From positions 3,987 through 67,986 of the forward strand of contig JAAYQX010000061.1 of the NCBI GenBank assembly GCA_012519085.1: DNA of 64,000 bases, read 5' to 3'. Shown piece by piece: positions 19,672 through 29,082 of this stretch. Under the pieces are notes generated by a model that ran no database searches, was not told the DNA's origin, and worked only from the letters and a program-made list of their open reading frames with translations. Source of the DNA: Clostridiaceae bacterium. GTDB lineage: Bacteria > Bacillota > Clostridia > Saccharofermentanales > DTU023. Each line of letters starts with the position of its first letter. Position 1 is the first letter of the stretch. The translations under genes and the position numbers were made by a program.

Positions 19672-21855
19672 ATGTCGGAGAGTAATTTTCGTCTGCCAGG
19701 CTATTTTGCTACCGGGATGGTGATTCAGCAGAAGGTGCCGTTACGGGTACCTGGTATTTGCGCGCCCGAGCAGGAAGTGAGCATCAGTCTGTTTCGCCAG
19801 CCTGCCGATGGGCATATCTTTACTGCTCTTGAGACCCAGTATGGCTTGATTTATGAGGATAAGGATCGTTCTGATCGTTATGGCCGCTTTAATTTTAAGC
19901 TGCCTGCTTTGGAAGCCTCACTGGATCCGTGTACATTGATCCTTTCCTGTGCGGGCGCTAATCTGCAAATCGAAGATATTCTCGTAGGGGAAATCTGGTT
20001 TGCGGCAGGCCAGGATAATATGGCTATGCCGGTGGCTAGTTGTGATCTGGCTCTGCGTTTGGATCTGACTGCCATCATGAACCATATCCGAATTTTTGCC
20101 ATGGCTGAGGATGGTCTGGACGATAATATGCCGCAGTACAGTTATTATCCGGTGGGCTATATTGCTTCCGGCCGCTGGTACCGGGGGAGCCATCCGGAAG
20201 AGATGGCCGTTGTCTCAGGTATTGCCTATTCTTTTGCTCTGAAGCTGGAAGAACAGTTGCTGCTGCCGATTGGCATTTATGATATGGCCTGTGCGGGAAC
20301 ATATATCCATAGCTGGCTGCCCCGGGAGATTATAGAACAGGACCCCTATCTAAAAAATCATGTGCGCGAATTGCATCTGTACCGTGATCAAGACAATTGG
20401 AATAGTGCTAATCCTGCTAAGAAAAAGCTACGGAATCAAGAGGATTCTATTGCCCAGGAGAAGCGGGCAGTGCGCCGGCTAAATTTGAAAAATAATCTTG
20501 AGGTACCGCAAAGCGGCAATTTTCAGACCAGATATCAGCCTGCCACAATGTTTAACCATAAATTGGCGCCTTTTATTGGACTGGGTGTGCGCGGTGTGCT
20601 CTGGTATCAGGGAGAGAGCGATGCTGACAGTCCGGATTATTATACCAGAGCTTTTCCTGTGCTGGTCTCAGCTCTGAAAGAGATGTTTGTGGCGCCTGAG
20701 AATGATTTGTGCTTAATCTATAGCCAGATCGCTGCTTATTGCTATCCGGGTGCTGATGCCAGGACTGTTGTGTCATTTAATGAAGCGCTCAGCGACTTAA
20801 GACGCACGCTTCCGATCAAGGCCGGTATGGTAACTATCTTAGACCTGCCCTTGACTTATAATCGACGCAATGAGACTTACCGTTATCCGGCACATCCGGT
20901 GGCTAAAGAAGAGATTGGCCGTCGAATGGCTAATATTGCTTTGGGCCTTGCTTATGGCTATGATTTGCCGTCTTCCTCACCGGAGCCAACAGCCGTGGAA
21001 AAGGTGGGCAATAAATTTATGATTGATTTTGATAAGTTCGGCAAAGCGGCACAGGGCTTGATTCTGCGTCCGGGAACACACAATTTGGAGGGTTTTGCTA
21101 TTTGCGGTCCGGAGCGAGTTTTTGTCAAAGCCAGAGCCAGAATTCTCTATGGCGTTAAGGTTATCGTCTGGCATGATGAACTGGCAGATCCGGTATCCCT
21201 GACTTATGCTTATGCCAATTTCAACCGTGAGGCTAATCTGACAGGGCCTGACGGTATGCCTGTTCCGGCTTTTCGTCTTGATATGGATCCGGCTGATCAT
21301 TATGAGCCGCAAGTCTGGATGAAATGCGATCGGATAACGGATTTCGCTTGGGCTGAGCTCTTGCCTGATCCGGCGCGAATTCCTGAGCAAGATTGGCCGG
21401 GAGAAAGAGAGCTCTGGACCATAAGTTCAGGCCGGGGTGAATTAAAACTGGTGCCTAGCCATGAGAATGAAGCTTTAAAAACGATTAAGGCTGAGTATAG
21501 AAATGCCGATGAGCGTCCTTTGGTAATGGAACCGCAATTGGGGTATGCCTCATCTTATCCGCCGCTGAATTTGTCCGGCTGGGGGGAGCTGGAGATCTTG
21601 CTTCATAATCCGGATCTCAGGGAGAAAAAACTGGGACTTGAGATGGAGGATGAAAATCAGGTAGTCTATATCTTCCCGGAATGTCTGATCCAGCAGCAAC
21701 CAAATTTGCAGGTTGCGAGATTTAATCTCAGTGCAGCTCAGTTGAATCTGGAGCGGATAGTCCGTATTTCTTTCGCCATTCAAGATCCGGGCGGGAAAGG
21801 CAGTTTGGATTTTGAGGGTATTACAACTTCTAGGAGACAGATATGGCAAGAATAG
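19672..21855 (+). CDS. SASA-family (sialate O-acetylesterase-like) protein with a non-canonical active-site block
   Basis: 727 aa. The architecture LPGYFATGMVIQQ...VGEIWFAAGQDNMAMPV...GVLWYQGESD...YPAHPVAKEEIGRRMA parallels the family pattern (MVLQ..., GQSNM, WYQGESN, D.HP..K..G.RLA). No signal peptide was seen. Confidence 0.7.
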   Translation: MSESNFRLPGYFATGMVIQQKVPLRVPGICAPEQEVSISLFRQPADGHIFTALETQYGLIYEDKDRSDRYGRFNFKLPALEASLDPCTLILSCAGANLQIEDILVGEIWFAAGQDNMAMPVASCDLALRLDLTAIMNHIRIFAMAEDGLDDNMPQYSYYPVGYIASGRWYRGSHPEEMAVVSGIAYSFALKLEEQLLLPIGIYDMACAGTYIHSWLPREIIEQDPYLKNHVRELHLYRDQDNWNSANPAKKKLRNQEDSIAQEKRAVRRLNLKNNLEVPQSGNFQTRYQPATMFNHKLAPFIGLGVRGVLWYQGESDADSPDYYTRAFPVLVSALKEMFVAPENDLCLIYSQIAAYCYPGADARTVVSFNEALSDLRRTLPIKAGMVTILDLPLTYNRRNETYRYPAHPVAKEEIGRRMANIALGLAYGYDLPSSSPEPTAVEKVGNKFMIDFDKFGKAAQGLILRPGTHNLEGFAICGPERVFVKARARILYGVKVIVWHDELADPVSLTYAYANFNREANLTGPDGMPVPAFRLDMDPADHYEPQVWMKCDRITDFAWAELLPDPARIPEQDWPGERELWTISSGRGELKLVPSHENEALKTIKAEYRNADERPLVMEPQLGYASSYPPLNLSGWGELEILLHNPDLREKKLGLEMEDENQVVYIFPECLIQQQPNLQVARFNLSAAQLNLERIVRISFAIQDPGGKGSLDFEGITTSRRQIWQE

Positions 21856-24500
21856 ATGCGATAGAACAGACTTTTGATCCTATAGCCAAAGAGCAACAGA
21901 TATATGATTCGTGGTTGAGCAGCAAGGCTTTTGCTGCGGCTCCCAATCAGAATAAGGAGCCATATTGTATTGTGATGCCGCCGCCCAATATCACCGGACG
22001 TCTGCATATGGGGCATGCCCTGGACAATACTTTACAGGATATCTTAATCCGCTGGCGACGCCTGCAAGGTTATGAGGCCTTATGGTTGCCCGGCACAGAT
22101 CATGCTGCGATTGCCACGGAAGCTAGAATAGTAGAAGCAATGCGCGAAGAAGGTCTGACTAAAGAGGATCTGGGGCGTGAAGGGTTTATGGCTAAAGCCT
22201 GGGAGTGGAAAGAGCTTTATGGCGGAGCGATTACCAATCAACTGGCAAGACTGGGTGCTTCCTGTGACTGGGATCGCGAACGATTTACAATGGATGAAAA
22301 ACTGTCCCATGCGGTCAATGAAGTTTTCGTCAGGCTGTACAACAAAGGGCTGATCTATCGTGGTGAGCGTATTATCAACTGGTGTCCTCATTGTCTGACC
22401 ACAATTTCCGATGCTGAAGTTGAATATATTGATGTCGAAGCTGCTTTCTATTATGTCCGCTATCCTCTGGCTGACGGATCAGCTGATCTGGTTCTGGCGA
22501 CAACCAGGCCTGAAACCATGTTGGCGGACACTGCGGTGGCGGTTCACCCTGCTGATGAGCGCTTTCAATCATATATTGGCAAGATGGTCAAGCTGCCCCT
22601 TACTGATAGAGAAATTCCGGTCATTGCAGATCATTATGTTGACCGTGAGTTAGGAACAGGCGTTGTCAAAATTACACCGGCCCACGATCCGAATGATTTT
22701 GAGATAGGTCTCCGACATGATCTGCCGATTATCAATTTATTGACTGAAGATGCATATTTGAATGAACATGGCGGTCGCTATGCCGGTATGAATGTTGAAG
22801 AGGCCAGGAGAGAGATCGTGAAAGATCTCCGGGATGGAGGCTTCCTGGTTAGGAGCGAGCAGTTGAATCATGCAGTAGGTACCTGTTATCGCTGTGCTAC
22901 TGTCGTGGAACCGCGTATTTCTTTGCAGTGGTTTGTCAAAATGTCAGATTTGGTAAAACCTGCGATTGAAGTAGTGCGAGACGGCAAAATCGATTTTGTT
23001 CCGGAAAGATTTGCGAAAACATATTTCAACTGGATGGAAAATTCCCGCGACTGGTGCATCTCGCGTCAATTATGGTGGGGACATCGCATTCCCGTCTGGT
23101 ACTGTACCGACTGTGGCAAGCATAGTGTGGCTACGACAACTCCTGACAGCTGCCATCATTGCGGTAAATCTTCCTTAGTTCAGGACGAGGATACTTTGGA
23201 TACTTGGTTTTCTTCAGCATTGTGGCCATTCTCGACTCTGGGTTGGCCTGAGCAGACTGAAGAATTGGCTTACTTTTATCCGACGGATGTTTTGGTGACC
23301 GGCTATGATATTATTACTTTTTGGGTTTCGCGCATGATATTTTCGGCGCTGGAGCATACCGATCAAATTCCGTTTCGCTATGTATTTGTCCATGGGCTAG
23401 TTCGTGACGCACTGGGCAGGAAAATGTCTAAATCGTTAAAAAATGGCATTGATCCTATGGAAGTGATAGATAACTATGGTGCTGATGCACTGCGCTATGC
23501 CTTGGTCATTGGTAGCGCACCGGGCAATGATCAGCGTTTCCAAAATGAAAAAATTGAAGCCGGACGCAATTTCATGAATAAAATATGGAATGCGCTGCGC
23601 TTCGTAGTTTTGAATTTTGATCAGGAAATGGATTTTTCCTCTGTTAAGGACTCGGACTTGGCCCTGGAGGATCGCTGGATACTGGCAGAACTAAATGACA
23701 CGATTCGCGAAGTAGAGCGCAATCTGGAAAATTTCGAGATCGGTCTGGCTTTGACTAAGACATATTCTTTCCTGTGGGATCTCTACTGTGATTGGTATAT
23801 TGAGGCCGTCAAGCCCAGACTGCTGGAGAAAGGCAGTCAGTCGAGACTTAGCGCGCAGTTTACTCTCAATCATGTCTTAATTCAGACTATCACTTTATTA
23901 CATCCTTTCATGCCATTTGTAACAGAAGAAATCTATCGGCATCTGATCCATGATCAGGGTCAATTAATTAGAGCAGACTGGCCACTGGCTAAGCCTGATT
24001 ATGATTTTAAATTGGAACAGGAACAGATGCATATTCTGATGGAAGCCGTCCGGCAGGTCAGAAATATCCGGGCAGAATATAAGCTGCCGCCACAGCAGGA
24101 GATCAAGCTAATGGTCTTAAGCAGTGATCAAGATATTTTAACCTTGTTCTCTGAGAACAGTCTCTTCATGAAGAGACTGGCGCGGGCAGGAGAAATTTCC
24201 TGTCATTCAGATCGCAATGCGATCCCTGCCGATGCAGTGCAAATCCAATTTCCCGGCGGAGAGATCTTCATTCCCTTGCAAGAGCTACTGGATATTGAGG
24301 TTGAAATAGAGCGCCTGACAACTGAAGCCGATAGACTTCAAAGAGAAATTAAACGAGCAGAAAAGAAACTGGCAAATGCTAATTTCGTGGCTAAGGCGCC
24401 GCCGCATATTGTATCGCTGGAGAAAGACAAGATCGAAAAATACAGCGGCATGCTGGAAAATATCAAAAACAGACGCGACAAATTGATGTCAATGATATGA
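21843..24500 (+). CDS. valS: Valyl-tRNA synthetase
   Basis: 885 aa. The HIGH region is PPPNITGRLHMGHAL, the KMSKS motif is KMSKSLKN, and there is a C-terminal coiled coil. An AGGAG RBS lies 6 nt upstream. The start overlaps the preceding gene by 13 nt. Confidence 0.96.
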   Translation: MARIDAIEQTFDPIAKEQQIYDSWLSSKAFAAAPNQNKEPYCIVMPPPNITGRLHMGHALDNTLQDILIRWRRLQGYEALWLPGTDHAAIATEARIVEAMREEGLTKEDLGREGFMAKAWEWKELYGGAITNQLARLGASCDWDRERFTMDEKLSHAVNEVFVRLYNKGLIYRGERIINWCPHCLTTISDAEVEYIDVEAAFYYVRYPLADGSADLVLATTRPETMLADTAVAVHPADERFQSYIGKMVKLPLTDREIPVIADHYVDRELGTGVVKITPAHDPNDFEIGLRHDLPIINLLTEDAYLNEHGGRYAGMNVEEARREIVKDLRDGGFLVRSEQLNHAVGTCYRCATVVEPRISLQWFVKMSDLVKPAIEVVRDGKIDFVPERFAKTYFNWMENSRDWCISRQLWWGHRIPVWYCTDCGKHSVATTTPDSCHHCGKSSLVQDEDTLDTWFSSALWPFSTLGWPEQTEELAYFYPTDVLVTGYDIITFWVSRMIFSALEHTDQIPFRYVFVHGLVRDALGRKMSKSLKNGIDPMEVIDNYGADALRYALVIGSAPGNDQRFQNEKIEAGRNFMNKIWNALRFVVLNFDQEMDFSSVKDSDLALEDRWILAELNDTIREVERNLENFEIGLALTKTYSFLWDLYCDWYIEAVKPRLLEKGSQSRLSAQFTLNHVLIQTITLLHPFMPFVTEEIYRHLIHDQGQLIRADWPLAKPDYDFKLEQEQMHILMEAVRQVRNIRAEYKLPPQQEIKLMVLSSDQDILTLFSENSLFMKRLARAGEISCHSDRNAIPADAVQIQFPGGEIFIPLQELLDIEVEIERLTTEADRLQREIKRAEKKLANANFVAKAPPHIVSLEKDKIEKYSGMLENIKNRRDKLMSMI

Positions 24501-24557
24501 TAATTATATAACCGGTTTTAAACCAATATATTCAATGGTTGTGGAAAGGGGAGAAAA

Positions 24558-25499
24558 ATGCCATTAGTATCTACAAGAGACATGTTTAAGAAAGCCTATG
24601 AGGGTGGCTATGCAATTGGTGCCTTCAATGTCAACAATATGGAGATTATCCAGGGTATCGTCAATGCAGCCACAAAGTTGAGAGCGCCTTTGATTTTGCA
24701 AGTGTCTGCCGGCGCCAGGAAATACGCCAATCAGACGTATCTGCTCAAATTGGTCGAAGCGGCTATTATCGAATCCAATCTGCCCATTGCTTTACATCTG
24801 GATCATGGGGATAGCTTTGAATTGTGTAAGAGTGTAATTGATGGCGGCTTTACATCAGTTATGATTGATGGTTCACATCTGCCCTATGAAGAAAATGTAG
24901 CTTTAGTGCAGAGAGTAGTGGATTATGCTCACAACCATGATCCTTATATTACTGTTGAAGCTGAATTGGGTCGTTTAGAGGGCGTGGAAGATGATATCAA
25001 GGTTAGTGCAGAAGATGCATCATATACTGACCCTGAACAGGTCGAGGATTTTGTGACCAGGACAGGGTGTGATTCTCTGGCGATAGCGATTGGGACTAGT
25101 CACGGTGCCTATAAGTTTAAGCCCGGACAAAAACCACAGCTGAGATTCGATATTCTGGAAGAGATTCAGAAATTATTGCCGGGCTTTCCTATCGTTCTGC
25201 ATGGTGCCAGCTCAGTAGTTCCCGAATATGTAGAAATGATCAATCAGCACGGCGGGAATATGCCTGACGCCATTGGCATACCTGAGAGTATGCTCCGACA
25301 GGCAGCTCAGATGGCGGTCTGTAAGATTAATATAGATAGTGATCTCCGTCTAGCTATGACCGGAACGATTCGCAAATTCATGGCTGATAATCCGGCAGAA
25401 TTTGATCCTCGTAAATATCTGGGCCCCGCCAGGGATGCCATTGAAAAAATGGTTGCCCATAAAATAGTGAATGTACTGGGTTGTGATGGGAAAGCCTGA
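24558..25499 (+). CDS. fba: Class II fructose-1,6-bisphosphate aldolase
   Basis: 313 aa. Matches seen: GYAIGAFNVNNME, LHLDHG, SVMIDGSH, GTSHGAYKF and LHGASS. Confidence 0.93.
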   Translation: MPLVSTRDMFKKAYEGGYAIGAFNVNNMEIIQGIVNAATKLRAPLILQVSAGARKYANQTYLLKLVEAAIIESNLPIALHLDHGDSFELCKSVIDGGFTSVMIDGSHLPYEENVALVQRVVDYAHNHDPYITVEAELGRLEGVEDDIKVSAEDASYTDPEQVEDFVTRTGCDSLAIAIGTSHGAYKFKPGQKPQLRFDILEEIQKLLPGFPIVLHGASSVVPEYVEMINQHGGNMPDAIGIPESMLRQAAQMAVCKINIDSDLRLAMTGTIRKFMADNPAEFDPRKYLGPARDAIEKMVAHKIVNVLGCDGKA

Positions 25500-27531
25500 G
25501 ATAGTTCAGTCTGAAGAGTCAAAGGCCCAAGAGAGAATCATTCGCCTTAGTGCACAACTGCGGCAGTACAATCACCAATATTATGATCTTGATCAGCCGA
25601 CTATCTCTGATGCCGAATATGATTTCTTGCTGCAGGAGCTGATCAGCTTAGAGCAGCAATGGCCGGAGTTTGTTGTGCCCGATTCACCGACGCAGGTGGT
25701 AGGGGGACAAGCTGACTCCGCTTTAGGTCAGATCAGGCATCGTGTGCCGATGTTATCGCTCCAGGATGTGTTCTCCTGGAGCGATGTGGCTGATTTTACA
25801 CAGCGTATTCGACAAGTAGATGAGAAGGCATTATTTGTTGTTGAAAGAAAGATTGATGGTCTTTCTCTCAGTATTCGCTATCACAATGGAGTAATGGTTC
25901 AGGCAGTAACACGGGGTGATGGTGAATTCTTCGGCGAGGATGCTACGAAAAATGCACGGGAACTATTAGGTATTCCCACCTCTATTGACCCCTCGATTGT
26001 TGATTTGGAGGTCCGGGGCGAAGTCTATATGCTGGTATCAGACTTTCAAGATATTAATCGAGTTTTGGAAGATCAAAATCAAAAAACATATGCCAATCCG
26101 CGCAATCTGGCCTCCGGTACGATGCGCCAACTGGATTCGCAAATTGTTAGAGAGAGAAAACTCAGATTTTTTGTCTTCAATCTTCAGTTGATGGAGCCAA
26201 ACATTTTTGACAGCCATGCTGAATCCTTGCATTGGTTGGAGACACAAGGTTTTTCGGTCAGTCCCGGTTTTGTTGTCTGTAGATCGGATCAAGAGATTGA
26301 GGAAGCTATCAGCGGGATTGGCGAGCTACGTGGTCAGATAGATTATGCGATAGATGGCGCAGTGATCAAAGTTGATAATCTGGATCTGCGGAGCAGATTG
26401 GGTACTACTAGTAAAGTGCCTCGCTGGGCGGTAGCATTTAAGTATCCTCCGGAGGAGAAGAGCACTTTGCTCCGGGATATTATTGTTCAGGTGGGGCGAA
26501 CCGGTCGGATCACACCAATGGCGATCCTGGAACCCGTACATTTGGCAGGAACCCTGGTCAGTCGAGCTACATTGCATAATCAGGGCTATATTGATGCACT
26601 GGATATCAGAGTCGGGGATACCGTTCGGGTTCATAAGAGCGGTGAAATTATCCCGGCAGTTATCGGAGTCGACTTTGAAAAGCGCCCGGAAGGGGCTGAA
26701 AGATTTGTGCTTCCGTCAAAGTGCCCTGTCTGTGGTGCAGATACAGTCTATATTGATGACGGAGCGGATTTGTTTTGTACCGGTCTTGATTGTCCGGCCC
26801 AGTTATCCCGACATCTGGTCTATTTTGCTTCCCGAGCGGCTATGGACATAGCCGGCTTAGGTTCAGCAACTGTGGAAGCATTGATGGATCATGGTTATCT
26901 CAAGAGCATAGCTGATATATATAAGTTATTTTCTCGACGTGCCGAACTGATCAATCAGGGCATTGTAGGTCGACAACGCTCAGTCGACAATTTGCTGGCG
27001 CAGATTGAAAAATCCAAACAAAACCCTCTATATCAGTTATTATCAGGTCTGGGTATACCCGGAGTTGGGCGCCAGACGGCACGGAATATTGCTACGGCGA
27101 TGGGTTCAATGGAAAAGCTGTGCGAAGCTGAAACCGAGAAATTACTGCAGATTCCCGATGTTGGAAAGATCACAGCTGATAATCTATATAAATTCTTTCG
27201 ACAGGATCAGAATAGACATCTCTTGGAGGAACTCGCCGCAGCAGGAGTCAGAATGTTTGATGAGGAGCCGGTATTGCTTGAGACTCCACTGTCAAATCTG
27301 AACTTTGTTATTACCGGCAGTTTTTCGGATTTGAGCAGAGAGCAGTTTACTAGGTTAATTGAAAATGCAGGGGGCAGAGTATCGGAATCTGTTTCTAAAA
27401 AAACTGATTATGTCATTGCGGGAGAGAAAGCAGGAAGTAAAATTGACAAGGCTGATTCTTTGGGGATCAGTATTATCAGCAGGGATGAATTCTTTGCCCT
27501 TTTTCCCGACCTTACAGTAACAAAGGAATGA
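25486..27531 (+). CDS. ligA: NAD-dependent DNA ligase
   Basis: Adenylation motif ERKIDGLS, a Zn finger (CPVCGADTVY...CTGLDCPAQ), HhH repeats and a BRCT tail. I prefer the ATG at 25486, which gives a 14-nt overlap with fba. Confidence 0.95.
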   Translation: MGKPEIVQSEESKAQERIIRLSAQLRQYNHQYYDLDQPTISDAEYDFLLQELISLEQQWPEFVVPDSPTQVVGGQADSALGQIRHRVPMLSLQDVFSWSDVADFTQRIRQVDEKALFVVERKIDGLSLSIRYHNGVMVQAVTRGDGEFFGEDATKNARELLGIPTSIDPSIVDLEVRGEVYMLVSDFQDINRVLEDQNQKTYANPRNLASGTMRQLDSQIVRERKLRFFVFNLQLMEPNIFDSHAESLHWLETQGFSVSPGFVVCRSDQEIEEAISGIGELRGQIDYAIDGAVIKVDNLDLRSRLGTTSKVPRWAVAFKYPPEEKSTLLRDIIVQVGRTGRITPMAILEPVHLAGTLVSRATLHNQGYIDALDIRVGDTVRVHKSGEIIPAVIGVDFEKRPEGAERFVLPSKCPVCGADTVYIDDGADLFCTGLDCPAQLSRHLVYFASRAAMDIAGLGSATVEALMDHGYLKSIADIYKLFSRRAELINQGIVGRQRSVDNLLAQIEKSKQNPLYQLLSGLGIPGVGRQTARNIATAMGSMEKLCEAETEKLLQIPDVGKITADNLYKFFRQDQNRHLLEELAAAGVRMFDEEPVLLETPLSNLNFVITGSFSDLSREQFTRLIENAGGRVSESVSKKTDYVIAGEKAGSKIDKADSLGISIISRDEFFALFPDLTVTKE

Positions 27532-27538
27532 AACCAAG

Positions 27539-27964
27539 ATGAAAATATATTTTGTATTTGGTCTGCTTGTCAGTCTTTTATTAGTTCTTTTTTTAATCAA
27601 AATTTTGATTACTCTGCTCCGTGTGAATTGGAATCATAATAATCAAAAGTGGTATTCATATCTGTTCCCGGTAATCATAGCTATCGTGATAGCCTGGTCC
27701 ACTGTAACTCAACTTTATCCCAGACTGATGGATTTGGTTCAACTGGCAAACGGTCATTATAATTTAACGGAAGCCGTTTTGACCCCAAATGATATCAAAG
27801 GGAACCATATAGTCATAAATGATACCCGCTATTATCACTCTCCTTTAGGTTATGATTGGCCTATAGGGGATAAATTACAGATCATGTCCTCGCCAAATAT
27901 GAATTATGTGATTCGTTTCACTGCAGTTAAAGAAGCCAGCCCGGATGATGCTAATCATCCTTAA
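27539..27964 (+). CDS. Hypothetical membrane-anchored protein (2 TM segments plus a small soluble domain)
   Basis: 141-aa ORF with two N-terminal hydrophobic helices. No family was recognised. Confidence 0.5.
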   Translation: MKIYFVFGLLVSLLLVLFLIKILITLLRVNWNHNNQKWYSYLFPVIIAIVIAWSTVTQLYPRLMDLVQLANGHYNLTEAVLTPNDIKGNHIVINDTRYYHSPLGYDWPIGDKLQIMSSPNMNYVIRFTAVKEASPDDANHP

Positions 27965-28133
27965 TGCTTTAGTCGGATTATATTGGCAAGTGACAGGCAA
28001 GCACTTTCTGGGCTTGAGTTATAGATATTACAGCATAGAATATTTTGCTAAAAGTGGAGTTCAGCACGGGATTTGTTGTGACAAAAGCTAGAAAGTAAGA
28101 AGCTTTTAAATATCAATACTATGCAAGAAAAAA

Positions 28134-28197
28134 TATAAATGAGAGGGGGATAATAAAAGAAACAATATAGATGAGAGGGGGATAGTATTGGTGAACA
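28134..28197 (+). repeat. 32-bp tandem duplication in the leader of the Spo0A_C gene
   Basis: Copy 1 is TATAAATGAGAGGGGGATAATA (28134-28155) and copy 2 is TATAGATGAGAGGGGGATAGTA (28166-28187), identical at 20 of 22 positions with a 32-bp period. The units also share a trailing AACA. Confidence 0.8.
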
Positions 28198-28910
28198 GAA
28201 ATGAAATAAATCAAAGAGTTTCAGGGAAATATCCTGACGGGACCTTTTGTGTTCCACGTTTTCCGCACATGAATGGTTTATCCGCCAAGCCGGATTCTCT
28301 CATTCACATTTATCTTGCCGCATCGGACAAGGATTTGCTGAATCAGGTCAATAGAGTTCTTCAGAAAAGAGGCATGATGGGTCTGGTTGATATGTCAGGC
28401 AGAATCAAATTTGTTTTGGACGGTAGAAAGGGAGCTAATTATGCTGCCAGGAGATTCAGTGATTATGCCTCAGAAGTAGCTTTATCTTTTCGGGATCAGT
28501 TAGCAGTCGACGATTCCTTAGTAGAATCTTGCATCGACAACATAATGAGTGGATATGGCTTCAGAACCAGATTGAGGGGCTATGTACTACTGAAGAGAAT
28601 GCTATTTTTAACTTTTAGGGATCCGGCATTAATCAGTCCGATTACCAAACGCCTTTATCCTGTGATAGCTGAGGAATTTCGGATCACTTTGCCGCAAATA
28701 GAACGCAATCTACGCTATTTGATTAAGACTCTATTGGATGATGAGACGAGCTCTTTAAGACAGGGCAAGAATAAAGACCAAAAACCTTTTTGGTTATCTT
28801 GTGATAATCAAGAAGGTAAACCAACGATAACTTCTACTTTAGCCAGATTACATGACCAAGTTATGAAAGAGTTTCGGTCACAACTGTCTCAAAAACAGAA
28901 TAAATGTTAA
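28188..28910 (+). CDS. Spo0A C-terminal (DNA-binding) domain protein without a recognisable receiver domain
   Basis: The segment GFRTRLRGYVLLKRMLFLTFRDPALISPITKRLYPVIAEEFRITLPQIERNLRYLIKTLL...KPTITSTLARL aligns position by position with B. subtilis Spo0A ([60 protein letters not shown]...KPTNSEFIAMV). The start is TTG 28188 or GTG 28191, after GAGGGGGA. Confidence 0.75.
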   Translation: MVNRNEINQRVSGKYPDGTFCVPRFPHMNGLSAKPDSLIHIYLAASDKDLLNQVNRVLQKRGMMGLVDMSGRIKFVLDGRKGANYAARRFSDYASEVALSFRDQLAVDDSLVESCIDNIMSGYGFRTRLRGYVLLKRMLFLTFRDPALISPITKRLYPVIAEEFRITLPQIERNLRYLIKTLLDDETSSLRQGKNKDQKPFWLSCDNQEGKPTITSTLARLHDQVMKEFRSQLSQKQNKC

Positions 28911-29025
28911 TTTCTCCATCTTATATTTGGCTTTGTATGTTTTATCCAAGTTGAGACAACAGTATACGGTAGCAATGGGAGAATACAAAGTCATATTGGA
29001 TAATACCGCCAATTATAAAAACGCA

Positions 29026-29062
29026 AAACAAACCACCGGATTACTTAGCCGGTGGTTTGTTT
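29026..29062. terminator. Bidirectional terminator hairpin between the Spo0A_C gene and hup
   Basis: A 14-bp perfect stem (AAACAAACCACCGG with CCGGTGGTTTGTTT) and a 9-nt loop. It is followed by a T-rich tail on the minus strand. Confidence 0.75.
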
Positions 29063-29082
29063 AAATGAACTGGATAATAGAT

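Noticed and set aside
28048-28257. 69-aa minus-strand ORF in the AT-rich gap upstream of the Spo0A_C gene.
   Set aside because: It overlaps the tandem-repeat leader and the start of the Spo0A_C gene. Its composition is Phe/Ser/Leu-rich, typical of AT-rich non-coding DNA, and it has no RBS.
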